IMG/VR virus record: IMGVR_UViG_3300045988_171858 | DNA length: 64,000 bases | Strand: one strand, 5' to 3' | Origin: a virus | Shown: one piece after another, positions 11,016 to 21,700 of the stretch | Layout: every line of letters begins with the position of its first letter | Position numbering within the stretch: position 1 is the first letter of the stretch | Notes under the pieces: model-generated | Databases searched by the model: none | Told to the model about the DNA's origin: nothing | What the model saw: the letters and a program-made list of their open reading frames with translations, nothing else | Program-made: the position numbers and the translations under genes

Positions 11016-13639
11016 TAAAAGATTATTTCAGTTCATATTCCGTTTATTCAAAACGGCTTCCAGGATGGAGAGAGCAACTCTTATCCGATATTAAAGCTAG
11101 AGCGGATAAGCTGGCTTCATCTGTAAACGATTCCAATAATAGAATCGCTATGGCTATCGGTAAATTTGCTGAAGGCGTATCGGATGTAAGAGAGCAGATG
11201 TCTGACGTTTCGGATTTGTATCTGACCGTATCAACTGTTAGCGGTAATACTAATCGGCAGTTTGGCATTAACAATATGCCAATCCTAAAGAACAGTGGAA
11301 TCGTAATTAGCGATGGAACGCTATCCCTGCAAACCAAGACATTCTCTCCTGTTCCTATCGTAGATGTAAAGGTCAATACGAACGGGCAAGAAGGCAACTC
11401 GGCAGACTTTGATATTCCCAGATACAACAATAAGAATACGATCATTTCTGAGACTCAGTATGAGGTAGAGAAATTTGATTCCGCTATCACCGCTGTATTG
11501 ACAATCAACCTCAGAGACGTAAGTCAGGTAAACAGAATCTCCTTGGCGCATTCTGAATACGGAATTAATAAGCCCACAGTTATGTACCTAGAGGTTTCTC
11601 CAGACGGCAAGCGATTCTACCGTTCTGACTTCTCTGTTCAGGAAGTTAATGGTATTTCTCAAATCAGCTTCCCCGGAGTTAATGCGACATCGGTTAAAGT
11701 GTCTTTCCTTCAGAACAGTCCATACACCTCAAAGAGCGGGCAGATTCGATACGCTATAGGGATCCGCAATCTCTCTATTGGTATTGCTACATCAATCGAA
11801 AGCGGCGAAGTAGTATTTGGTCCTATTACACAGAAAGACGAAATCTTAAAGGCATCAATCGCTGCATCTATTCCTACGGATAAATACTCATTTGAAAATA
11901 TTGCATTCGAAATAAGCAATGATTCTTCAACATGGTATCAGGTGTCTACGCCATTCTCTGTAAGCGACTATCCAAAACATCTGGATTTCAATACTAAGTC
12001 TGAGAACTCCATTAATACAAGAACGCCGGTGACTACGTTATTCTTCAGAATCAGAATGACTGGCAATCGGCATACATTGCCACTAATGGCGTCTAGCATT
12101 AATAGACATATTCAGCAGGTTAGTCAGCAATCTCCAGTAATTCAGGCTCCATTTGACTTGTCCGATAAGTATATCGTATCAGAAAGACTTGGTTATCAAT
12201 TCGGAGAAAGAGGCTCATATTTCCTCTACAATGACAATACGGAATTGGTAGATTCTATTAGCTCAATCAAATCAGGGTCCGATTATCTTATTAAAACAGT
12301 TGCTCCTATGAAAAATATTACAAGAGCAACAATTAGAGCTGATAAGATCAAGTGTGCAATCGAGGGCGGCGAGATTTATAGAATCGTCCCTCCATACTCT
12401 ATTGATCCAAAATCAGCAAAAGCATATAAAGCATCATTGCCAGTTAATAGGGAAGTAAGAATATCAGACAGCGCAAATATGGTTATCCCATTTACACAGC
12501 CTGCCGGTATATACACACTTACAGACGGAGAGAATACAAGAAAAATCAACCTAACACTAGGTTCATTTGCATCTTGCTACGAATGGGTATTTGCCCCTTC
12601 GGATAGGACCGTATCTTTAACTGACCCGTTTGGTAAAAAGGTAATGGAATTTGAGGCCGGCAAGTACATTAATCTGCTGGACTATTTTACAGTAACAGTC
12701 CCGACCAGCTCAAACAAATCCATTATCAATGTAACATTCAATAGTAGATACCCAGAAGCCCCATTAAGCGAGGGCGAATTTACCATTATCGATGGTAAAT
12801 TCTATTCTTCTTCTCACTCTGCTATTGTTAATGGTATGTACGTCAACTACGAAGAAATTCCTCTAGTTATGCGTTCCAATATCAATGGAATCGACCTGTA
12901 TACAGAGGAAGCGAAGTTCTCTAAATCAAAAGAGAAGCTTTCGCGTTTCGACGGCCAAACATCTGCTAAACTTGCACACTCGGGATTACTAAAGGGCGGA
13001 CTGAAGTTTACAAACAAATCATCTTCTCTTTTGTCATTCGTAAAAGAGGTTCCGTATATCAACGGCATTGACGAGTTTAAAACTTCCGGCAGGGCGAATA
13101 TCCTTATTCCAAAATCAGCAAACAGATTTAGTCTGGGTAGACTTGTTAATCACTTCGACGACATTGAGATTACCGGCGGCGTTGAACAGCTAAGTTCAAA
13201 GGTCTTTAGCAGAGACGAACTCATCTATCGCGGCGACTATATGCTAGAAGATGTTGGCAATGAAACATTTATTCAATTGCCAGAAGGAGTTAAAACAGAC
13301 GATATTATCGACACGTTTATCTCCGTATCTGTAGCCGATTCTAATAGCTCAAGTGGGTTATACTCTATTGACTACACGAACGGTATGCTGTATTCTCAAT
13401 CTACAATTAGCGGCGAATCCGAGGTAGAGTACATCTATTCAAATATCTTCATATCAGGCTTCCCAATTAAAGTTCTTGATAAGAAATCCTATTCAGTAAG
13501 CGAGCGTCAAATCGAATTAAAGGATGCGACAATGGATACTGAATATGTGGTTCTGTCCGAAAGCAAAACAGATAAGGGCGAAGAAATACTGCGCTCACCA
13601 ACATTGAAGAATCTAACATTAAACACAGTGACGGTATAA
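11012..13639 (+). CDS. tail/baseplate protein with discoidin (F5/8 type C)-like carbohydrate-binding segment (875 aa)
   Basis: The segment ..LTINLRDVSQVNRISLAHSEYGINKPTVMYLEVSPDGKRFYR..ATSVKVSFLQ resembles galactose-binding-like domains. The domain call is tentative. Confidence 0.75.
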   Translation: MIKDYFSSYSVYSKRLPGWREQLLSDIKARADKLASSVNDSNNRIAMAIGKFAEGVSDVREQMSDVSDLYLTVSTVSGNTNRQFGINNMPILKNSGIVISDGTLSLQTKTFSPVPIVDVKVNTNGQEGNSADFDIPRYNNKNTIISETQYEVEKFDSAITAVLTINLRDVSQVNRISLAHSEYGINKPTVMYLEVSPDGKRFYRSDFSVQEVNGISQISFPGVNATSVKVSFLQNSPYTSKSGQIRYAIGIRNLSIGIATSIESGEVVFGPITQKDEILKASIAASIPTDKYSFENIAFEISNDSSTWYQVSTPFSVSDYPKHLDFNTKSENSINTRTPVTTLFFRIRMTGNRHTLPLMASSINRHIQQVSQQSPVIQAPFDLSDKYIVSERLGYQFGERGSYFLYNDNTELVDSISSIKSGSDYLIKTVAPMKNITRATIRADKIKCAIEGGEIYRIVPPYSIDPKSAKAYKASLPVNREVRISDSANMVIPFTQPAGIYTLTDGENTRKINLTLGSFASCYEWVFAPSDRTVSLTDPFGKKVMEFEAGKYINLLDYFTVTVPTSSNKSIINVTFNSRYPEAPLSEGEFTIIDGKFYSSSHSAIVNGMYVNYEEIPLVMRSNINGIDLYTEEAKFSKSKEKLSRFDGQTSAKLAHSGLLKGGLKFTNKSSSLLSFVKEVPYINGIDEFKTSGRANILIPKSANRFSLGRLVNHFDDIEITGGVEQLSSKVFSRDELIYRGDYMLEDVGNETFIQLPEGVKTDDIIDTFISVSVADSNSSSGLYSIDYTNGMLYSQSTISGESEVEYIYSNIFISGFPIKVLDKKSYSVSERQIELKDATMDTEYVVLSESKTDKGEEILRSPTLKNLTLNTVTV

Positions 13640-13640
13640 G

Positions 13641-15374
13641 ATGAATAAAGTAGAAGAAGCGATTTACAATTTGAATCTATTCCAAGCTTCATCTGCTGGA
13701 ACTGAAATCCCGAGCCTCGGCAGTGAATACACTGAGGCCGGGTTAAACAAGATTCTAAAAGAATGGTATGACATTCTGTTCTGCAATCAGGATAAGATAG
13801 ACGAATTACTACCACGGATAGAGAAGTTCGAAACCAGGTCTTCTGATTATGTCAGGGATATTAAGACTAGGTTAGCCAAAGCGTCATCAGATGCTAAGGC
13901 GGCAAACGTTGCGGACAGGTCTGTTACGAAGTATACAAAAGCGGTTTATTACTCCCCATCATCAATTTCATACATTGAGGAAGAAACTACCGCTTATGTT
14001 GACGGCGGAAAGATTGTTGGTGTAAAAGAGTCGGATACATTCAACTCCGACTCTCATGTTATCTCCAATAATACCAGCTCCGGCATTTCGTGCTATGTAT
14101 TTGAGGATAATAAAAAAGTTGATTTGGTTTGGACTGTTGATGGCGGCGCGGCACAATCCCGCAATGTCTTAAATTCCAATGTCAATTCAACCATTTCCTA
14201 TTCCTCTCTAAATGGTGGTACTAAGAGTTTTGTATTGGATATTGATAGAAAAGAATACGGAGTCTTTAATAATATCCAGTTAAAAACAAAACGAGCATAT
14301 GTGTACACCATCTACACCAGCAATGATTCAATCAACTATAACAGGATTACAGATAGAATCCTAACCAATAGTCTAAACGAATCAATCGGCGAAACAAACG
14401 ACCGTTATGTCCGCATAGTTATCGAACTAGACAAAAATTCGGATTATGTATCAGGCAGATATATCTACAACGTAGAAATAAGTTCTTTTCACATTGCAGT
14501 AAAGCGGTACTCAACTCCGACAGAATACGTTACAGGCGATATTCCTATCAGGGCTACCGGTGAGTTTGTAGCCATAGATACTTGCGACAACTACCAGTCT
14601 AAGAATGTCGATATGCACTACCAGATTTCAATCAACGGCGGCGCGTATAAAGACATTAAGCCTCTACGGAAGCTATCAAAAACTGGCAGGTCAATTAGGA
14701 GCATTTTGCCAATAAATGACTATTCTGATAATAACATTGTTACGCTACACGCCCATATTAGACATCCTGATGGGAACATTTTCACGACTGAAATAGACCC
14801 GGCGCTACTTGAAACAAACATCTTTAAGTATTACGATGCTACAAATCCTATCTCTGTAAAAGGAAACGTAGTATCTGCTTCAGGCATTGCCATTTCAGAA
14901 AAGGTCATCAACTTCAAAGATACCTACTTCGTAAATGGTGTACCATTCTCAGGCGAGTCTACTATCTACACAGGGTTCAATAGTTTGTCATTCCCTGCCG
15001 ACAATTATGTCGAAATCTATGACGTAACTAAATACACTTTAGTATCTTTCAACTCCGGGGAGTTTAGGGTTGCAGACGCGGCCGGCGTAGAACAAACCAT
15101 TATAGCCGAAGACTGGGAGAAAAACCCATTCACTTCTATTGTTCTATCCCTTAAATATATCCTTGGTAGAGAACTAGGGTACGGCAAAGATATCAATACT
15201 AGCAAATCAAAGAATGGATACCAGCTAAAAACATCAGAGGATGTAAAATCCCTCTATGTAGCTGCCAGACAGAAGAATGCTATTATTAATACAGCCAGAA
15301 TCAAGATAAAGATGAAAACCTTAGATGGATACACCAAACCTAATGTATCCAGAATCCTAATCAAGGTGGCCTAA
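13641..15374 (+). CDS. tail/baseplate protein, second discoidin-like segment (577 aa)
   Basis: The segment ..[49 protein letters not shown] has the same pattern as the upstream gene. Confidence 0.75.
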   Translation: MNKVEEAIYNLNLFQASSAGTEIPSLGSEYTEAGLNKILKEWYDILFCNQDKIDELLPRIEKFETRSSDYVRDIKTRLAKASSDAKAANVADRSVTKYTKAVYYSPSSISYIEEETTAYVDGGKIVGVKESDTFNSDSHVISNNTSSGISCYVFEDNKKVDLVWTVDGGAAQSRNVLNSNVNSTISYSSLNGGTKSFVLDIDRKEYGVFNNIQLKTKRAYVYTIYTSNDSINYNRITDRILTNSLNESIGETNDRYVRIVIELDKNSDYVSGRYIYNVEISSFHIAVKRYSTPTEYVTGDIPIRATGEFVAIDTCDNYQSKNVDMHYQISINGGAYKDIKPLRKLSKTGRSIRSILPINDYSDNNIVTLHAHIRHPDGNIFTTEIDPALLETNIFKYYDATNPISVKGNVVSASGIAISEKVINFKDTYFVNGVPFSGESTIYTGFNSLSFPADNYVEIYDVTKYTLVSFNSGEFRVADAAGVEQTIIAEDWEKNPFTSIVLSLKYILGRELGYGKDINTSKSKNGYQLKTSEDVKSLYVAARQKNAIINTARIKIKMKTLDGYTKPNVSRILIKVA

Positions 15375-15952
15375 TGCAGTTAGATTTAAAACTGAAACAA
15401 GCCGCATTCTTCTTCGTTAATGGAATTTCTGTCAGAAGAGAATTTTCAACATTCGACATTGACAACGGTGATACCACCGCTCTAATTTCCGTAGTTAGAG
15501 GAATTGAGGGGAACAGGATCGAATCGTCAATCTCTGCTGAATCCATTCGGGCAATCATAACTCCGAATGGAGGTGGTGGTGGCGGTGCACCTGGCAGGCA
15601 GGGACCTCAAGGCGCTAGAGGAGAAACAGGCCCGGCAGGCCCAGCCGGACCACAGGGACCAACCGGTTTAACAGGACCTATGGGACCTCCAGGCCCTCCA
15701 GGACCTCCGGGGCCAAAAGGCGATAAGGGTGACCCAGGACCAAAAGGAGACCCTGGCGAATCTAGTTCTTCAAGCGGGCTATTCGATATTGAAAAGTTCT
15801 ACAATACCTATCTTGATATGCAAAAAGACTTCAGTATCAAGGAAGGAACTTTTGTAGGAGTTCTCGATTCCAATGGTAATAAAGAAAACTCTATCATCTA
15901 CAGGAAGGCAAACGGACAATTTCAAGAGGTTGTCAACTTCTCAGAAATCTAA
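15374..15952 (+). CDS. collagen-like tail fibre protein (192 aa)
   Basis: GGGGG followed by about 20 uninterrupted G-X-Y triplets ([27 protein letters not shown]...GDPGE). TAATG start/stop overlap. Confidence 0.85.
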   Translation: MQLDLKLKQAAFFFVNGISVRREFSTFDIDNGDTTALISVVRGIEGNRIESSISAESIRAIITPNGGGGGGAPGRQGPQGARGETGPAGPAGPQGPTGLTGPMGPPGPPGPPGPKGDKGDPGPKGDPGESSSSSGLFDIEKFYNTYLDMQKDFSIKEGTFVGVLDSNGNKENSIIYRKANGQFQEVVNFSEI

Positions 15953-15961
15953 GGAAGAGTA

Positions 15962-16393
15962 ATGAATGCACTTACAATTATCTCTCTTCAGTTCAAGAAG
16001 CTAATTGACAAAATCACGCCAATTCTAGCCGACCTAACCTCACTGAAGAAAAGAGTTGAAACAATCGAATCCAGCCCATTATATACAGGCGCCGGAAGAA
16101 AAGAGGAATTCATCGTATTGACCAAAGAAATGTTCAATGACAATGGATATCCTTATACAGAAAAACCAATCCAATTCAGAAACACCTATACTTCTCCCGT
16201 AGCTAAGGTATACACTAATTTTAGTGGAGCTGAAACTGGCGACACAACCATAACAGTTTACCAACTAAAGGAAAATAGATGCTCCTTGAGATATGGAATT
16301 GGTAAAAGGCCAGTCGAACTCGGCAAATCATATAGGGCGATTCTACACATACAAGAGTCTGGAACAGATCCGGCTTTATTTAAGAGAGTCTAA
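15962..16393 (+). CDS. fibre-associated protein sharing its N-terminus with the next gene (143 aa)
   Basis: The N-terminus (MNALTIISLQFKKLIDK...) is paralogous to the N-terminus of 16414..17172. Confidence 0.7.
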   Translation: MNALTIISLQFKKLIDKITPILADLTSLKKRVETIESSPLYTGAGRKEEFIVLTKEMFNDNGYPYTEKPIQFRNTYTSPVAKVYTNFSGAETGDTTITVYQLKENRCSLRYGIGKRPVELGKSYRAILHIQESGTDPALFKRV

Positions 16394-16413
16394 ATAAAAT
16401 ATAAGGCAAATAA

Positions 16414-17172
16414 ATGAATATTGTACAATTGCTTTCACTACAATTTAAAAAGCTGGCATCCGGTTTGACTACTTTGACTACCAAAACCGAAGAGCTAGAT
16501 CAAAAGGTAAAATCCCTTGAAGTTACTGGCGGTGCTAAAGGTGGAAAAGGCGAAGACGGCAAATCCGCATATGAGCTGGCAAAAGGAACTGGCTATACCG
16601 GCACCAAAGAAGAATGGCTGCAAACACTCAAAGGTGAAGCAGGTCCTCAAGGTCCAACCGGCCCACAAGGTCCTCAAGGTCTCAAAGGCGAAATGGGTAG
16701 CCCATTCTCAATCGCCAAAACATTCGAAACCAAAGCCGAACTGGAAGCAGACCGAACTGTCGAAGAAGGCAAGTTCGCTGTTGTAGCCTCCGCCAATCCC
16801 GATACAGACGAAGATAACGGTCGTCTCTATGTTCGAACTACAGATGGTTGGTCTTACATCCTCGACCTGTCAGGTGTTAAAGGTGTCCAAGGCCCAGCAG
16901 GTCAAGATGGCCCAGCAGGTCCAGCAGGACCTCAAGGTATTCCTGGTGAGCGAGGACAAACTGGCCCAGCCGGAGAAAAAGGTGACCCTGCCAATCTATT
17001 CGTTGCAGAAGTCACCGATCTAAGCGAAGCCGGAAACACTTCCGACTTTAAAGATGGAGACATGTTGTTAGTTGTACCTGCCGGTACCAAAAAAGAAGAC
17101 GGCAAGCTTTACAGCTTCCAAGAAAACGACTCCTCTTGGGAATTGGTATTCGACTATTCTACGGTCAAATAA
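16414..17172 (+). CDS. collagen-like tail fibre protein (252 aa)
   Basis: Two G-X-Y blocks ([22 protein letters not shown] and [36 protein letters not shown]). N-terminal SLQFKKL motif. Confidence 0.85.
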   Translation: MNIVQLLSLQFKKLASGLTTLTTKTEELDQKVKSLEVTGGAKGGKGEDGKSAYELAKGTGYTGTKEEWLQTLKGEAGPQGPTGPQGPQGLKGEMGSPFSIAKTFETKAELEADRTVEEGKFAVVASANPDTDEDNGRLYVRTTDGWSYILDLSGVKGVQGPAGQDGPAGPAGPQGIPGERGQTGPAGEKGDPANLFVAEVTDLSEAGNTSDFKDGDMLLVVPAGTKKEDGKLYSFQENDSSWELVFDYSTVK

Positions 17173-17237
17173 AAAAGAAAAGGGTGGTCGCGCAATAAAG
17201 CACGGCCACCCTTCAATACATTGAATAAGGAGATAAG

Positions 17238-17597
17238 ATGAAGATTAACAAAGAAAGCATCGCTGAATACGCAAAAAGCTTCACACCTTTTTGGGTTAAG
17301 ATTCTTCCTGCTGTCTTTATTCTTGGACTTGGCGCGGCACTGGTTTACCAATACGGAGAAAACAAATACCAGCGTGGACGAACTGATGCAGAAGCAATGT
17401 ACCTTAAGGAATCGGCTGAACTGGCCAATAGAATCAGAGGAGTAGAGGGTACAGTTCTTACTCAATTCAGAGAGGGCCGTAAAGGCGTAAGAGATATGCT
17501 GAATGACAACAACGCGGAAATCCGTGCACTTGTCGTTGACAAAGAATGTGTATCTGAAGACTTCAAAACTGAATATAACAAAAGGCTGAAAAAATGA
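17238..17597 (+). CDS. i-spanin-like protein (N-terminal TM helix plus charged periplasmic domain)
   Basis: TM segment FWVKILPAVFILGLGAALVY is followed by a charged helical region. ATGA overlap with the following lipoprotein gene. Confidence 0.6.
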   Translation: MKINKESIAEYAKSFTPFWVKILPAVFILGLGAALVYQYGENKYQRGRTDAEAMYLKESAELANRIRGVEGTVLTQFREGRKGVRDMLNDNNAEIRALVVDKECVSEDFKTEYNKRLKK

Positions 17598-17860
17598 AGC
17601 ATCTATTAATTGTTCTGGCTGCACTATCCTTGGGTGCTTGTTCCTTTGCACAAAAACCTAAAAAAGCACAACAAATACAAATAGCAGAAGAAGTAAGACT
17701 CGGACAATGTGAACAGGAAATCCAAGAACTACAAGGAACCACATCAAGAGCACTAATCGAGCACTCATTATCGCTTATTGAAAAAGTTCATAATTGCAGA
17801 CTTGAAAAACAATATCTAGTAGACCTAATTGACGGATACAATAAGGAGGCCGCTAAATGA
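17594..17860 (+). CDS. o-spanin-like outer-membrane lipoprotein (88 aa)
   Basis: Signal peptide with lipobox: MKHLLIVLAALSLGAC|S. Confidence 0.65.
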   Translation: MKHLLIVLAALSLGACSFAQKPKKAQQIQIAEEVRLGQCEQEIQELQGTTSRALIEHSLSLIEKVHNCRLEKQYLVDLIDGYNKEAAK

Positions 17861-18216
17861 AATGGTCAGTCAAAAAACTAAACAAAAATGAATACATTAC
17901 ACTAGAAGGTGTAACATTGGGAACTGATGCAACTGAAATCAAAGTAACAGACCAAAACAAAGTTGCTATTCGTGCAGTTAAGAATGCCCTATCCCGATTG
18001 AAACGTGAAAAACGTATTGAGGTAGTTTCAGGCGATGTTCCAGAGAAAGCTGCAACTGTATATGCTAAGAAAAACAAACAGGCCAAAGCAGCTCCAGCTC
18101 CAACAGAACGAGCAGCAGTAACAGAGCAAGTTCCTCCGGCCAAGCCAGTAAAACCTAAAGCGGCTAAACCAGAAGCACAAGCTGAAGGTGTAGTAGCTTC
18201 AGAAGAAGCAAGCTAA
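17857..18216 (+). CDS. hypothetical protein, paralog A (119 aa, Ala/Pro/Lys-rich tail)
   Basis: The first ~60 aa (MKWSVKKLNKNEYITLE...RLKREKRIEVVSGD) are paralogous to the next ORF. Confidence 0.7.
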   Translation: MKWSVKKLNKNEYITLEGVTLGTDATEIKVTDQNKVAIRAVKNALSRLKREKRIEVVSGDVPEKAATVYAKKNKQAKAAPAPTERAAVTEQVPPAKPVKPKAAKPEAQAEGVVASEEAS

Positions 18217-18248
18217 GAATAATCAAAACAACAGTAAGAATCAGCTAA

Positions 18249-18710
18249 ATGAAATGGTTAATCAATAAGATGAAATGGCTAGTTAGAAAACTAAGAAAGC
18301 ACGACTATATCGCATTGGAGAATAAGACCATTAAGGACGAACCAACAGAGATAGTTGTACCGGATGATCCTAATGTTATCCGTTCTGCAAACAACACCCT
18401 TAACCGTCTTAAAAACGAAGGTAGAGTAGAAGTTCTTTCAGGCGAAACAACTGGTAGTCATAACCCTTTTAACGGCTCGGGAATTCCTGGGGCTTCTGGC
18501 AATCCCGGAAGCTCCGGTGGTTCTGGTAACTCAGGGAACACTGGTGCACAAGACTTCTCCGGCCCTACTATTGATTCATCTACAACCACTGAGGTTAAAA
18601 GAGAAGTAACTCCAGATGGTAAAGAAAAAATCGTAGAAAAGGTAACTATCAAACAAATCGTTGACATTAGCAATACAACTAAAACTAAAATAGAAGAAAT
18701 CCTGGCCTAA
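18249..18710 (+). CDS. hypothetical protein, paralog B (153 aa, Gly/Ser-rich linker)
   Basis: MKWLINK-MKWLVRKLRKHDYIALE...RLKNEGRVEVLSGE. The start may instead be the second ATG at 18270, which aligns with paralog A. Confidence 0.7.
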   Translation: MKWLINKMKWLVRKLRKHDYIALENKTIKDEPTEIVVPDDPNVIRSANNTLNRLKNEGRVEVLSGETTGSHNPFNGSGIPGASGNPGSSGGSGNSGNTGAQDFSGPTIDSSTTTEVKREVTPDGKEKIVEKVTIKQIVDISNTTKTKIEEILA

Positions 18711-18720
18711 GAGAGTAAAC

Positions 18721-21700
18721 ATGACAACTCCAAATTTAGACTCAGTAACCATCTTAATGGCACAAAAGATTGCTGCTAACAAAGCAGAGCAAGTAGCAAT
18801 CAAAGGCGAAATTGAGAGAGTCAAAACATCTCAGAGTGAATCTGATAAGAAAGCAGATAAAGCTTTAGAGGCAATCAAAACGGCTGAAGGTAAAATTGCC
18901 ACAGCAGAGGAATCTCTAGAGCAGGTTAAATTAAAAGCAGAAGAAGCTAAACAACAATCGTCGGAAGCTAAAGAACAAATCGAAGCTGCTAAACAATCTG
19001 CAGAAGCAGCCAAACAAGAAGTAGCACAGCACAAAGCCACGGCGGAAGATGCCAAAACAAAAGCCGAACAAGCTCAAACTAAAGCTCAAGAAGCACTAGA
19101 TGCAGCTAAAGAGGCTAAATCCTCTATTGTCACTCCTACTGTTGATATTACTGTCGGACAAGAAGGCGACATCAAAGTCAACAATAAGACCACTGGTGTA
19201 AAAGTTGTAACACCAGAAAAAGTAGAAGAGGAAGTAGGAAAAGCGCTTGGTTCAGAAGACTCAAGCAAAAAGATCTTAAAAAGCCAAGTTGAAGCAACAA
19301 AATCCGAAGATCATATTAAAGCCCCTCTAAGACTTTCCTTGGAGTCAGGCATTTACTATATCGAAGATGCACTGACAGAAGATCTTAGAAACAAAGTTAT
19401 GTCCAGATACTACGAACCACTGGACAAAAAAGTAGAAGGCAAAAACGATGCCAGAGAAATCGTAAGGCTGATTCAAGCCTGGTATGACAAAGTTCCTCCT
19501 CATTCGTACATCTCTTCTCGCGGCGGCGTATTCCCATTTACCAAAAACAAAGGTTACAAACCAGAATACTACGGTGCAGATAACCGTTCTATCAAACGTA
19601 ACTGGGACAATCCTCAAACACTGGTAGTCCACGGACAGCAACCATGTATTTCCTTCTATCACTCAGTCGGCAATAAATACGACTTTGCAAAAGCAAAATT
19701 CATCGTCGAAGAAATGGGCCAAGATGCATTCCATCTTTGTGGCAATTCGTTAGATAACGAAATCATTCACGGCGGCACAATCCTTACACGGGCTTATCAA
19801 GAGTTCGGCTACAAAAAAGGCGCTGACCGAGATAAAATGCTGTTTGCTCCTATTGATGGATGGACCAAAGAAGCACCTAACATCGGTACGGGGATGGCAG
19901 ACAAAGGCGTAGCAGAAGCAGGTTTCAACACAACAACACAACGCCATGATATTGCTGCATATATGAACAACGGCTATGAAGCCCAAGACATTCAGCAGCC
20001 AGAAGGTTTTAACAAAACCAAAATTATGGAGCTTCTGAGAAATGGTTCTTCCCTCAGATACATGAGTGCCGGCGGATACTTCAACGAGCAGGGCATTTCC
20101 GAATTCCCTCAAGAAGACGGAACCACTTCTCCGAAATGGGGAACTTGGCGCGGACAACAACGAGGCAGTCGTGGTTACGGATGGAGACTATTCGGCACTA
20201 AAAACACTATCGTCAAAAACTTCGATGTTAGAGGTATGACAGGTGGTGCAATTGTCTGTGGACTCTATGGCACTCCTATGGGTGAATCTGTAGATGCCAG
20301 AGACTCAGCCGCCGCATTCGCCGCTGGTATTGTTGCAGAAAATACAAAAATCACAGGTGGTTACTTCACACATAACTACATCTGCGGTGTAGAATGTATT
20401 CGTGCATCTGGCTTTGAATTGACCGGAATTTACGCTCCAGACTCTGTCGTCGGACATCCGGACGCAAACCTTGAACATACACGCGGTATTGGTGGTGGTA
20501 CCTCTCTCGATCCTGGCTATCAACAATGTACATCTCGATATCTGCCAATGGATAATATCTATATCCATGACAACGTATTCGGATTGGGAATGCGGAAAAT
20601 TATGGATATCCATACCGGCAATAACGTTAAGATCATCAACAACGTTGGTAAAGCTATGTATTATGGTGTATCAACAGTTATTGAAGAACTATTCGCCGGC
20701 AAGCTAATTAAACCTAGCGATAGAAACAGTAAAGACATTCCAGACCCTCATTCCTTCCCATACCAAGATAGCAATATCGAAGTAAGAGGAAACACCATCA
20801 CCTCTGGACTATTTGGCCTTCATCCTATTAATGGAGCCAAAGGTGTAAAAGTCCGTAGAGATGCCAAAAAATGGTGGCTAAGATGCCATCAAGTCTGGGC
20901 GGACAATATTGTTTATGCTCCTAGAGGTATCCTTTGCAACTTTGGCCATAACCACTACCTAGTTGAGAATAACCAATTCACATTCGCGCTTCCTTATGGC
21001 GAATTCTATTCTATGCGTCAAATCTCGGGCATTAACATCACAAACCAAGGCTCAGGATACACCAGCGAACCAACTGTAACAATTACAGGTGGAGGTGACG
21101 AAGCATTCGATGGACAAGCTTCAGCAAAAATCCAAGACGGAAAAGTCGTAGCAATCAGACTAGACCGGGCAGGAAGCAGATATGACACTCCTCCCACAGT
21201 AACAATAACAGGAGGCGGCGGTTCAGGAGCAACAGCAGTTGCAACTGTAAACTCTCACACATATGGTATGCTCATTGGTGCGGAAACTCACTATGGAGAC
21301 ATGCTAGGATGTGTTATTGCTAAAAACTGGATTCAAAACTCCCCAGAAGGCAACTATGCCAGACAGTTGGTGGTAGGTTCACTAAGAGGCTCAACCTTGA
21401 TGTGCAACTATACAGACACCACTCCGTTCTCTAGCGAAGAAAAATCAAAACTTCCATTTGGTGACCCTTATGTATCCAAAACGATGAAATACAGAGACGG
21501 CATCGGAAGTCAAGGATTCTACGGCGGCGCATTGAATGGCTGTGAAGTAATCGGAAACTATGAATACGACCAACTAAGACAAACGCTTACACCGTGGATT
21601 GGTAAGAATAGAAACGGAACTGTTCATAGCAATTACACTCCGACATACTTGCAATCTGTACTAAACTTGGAAGAAATCCAAAAACTGACAGCTAAGGTTA

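Noticed and set aside
17182-17211. Hairpin GGGUGGUCG-cgcaauaaagca-CGGCCACCC after the collagen-like gene as an intrinsic terminator.
   Set aside because: On the + strand the stem is good (one U.G), but it is followed by CUUCAAUACAUU with no U-tract. The U-tract exists only on the - strand, where the stem has an A.C mismatch and no upstream gene needs terminating. It may be a stabiliser or RNase site and is not called as a terminator.
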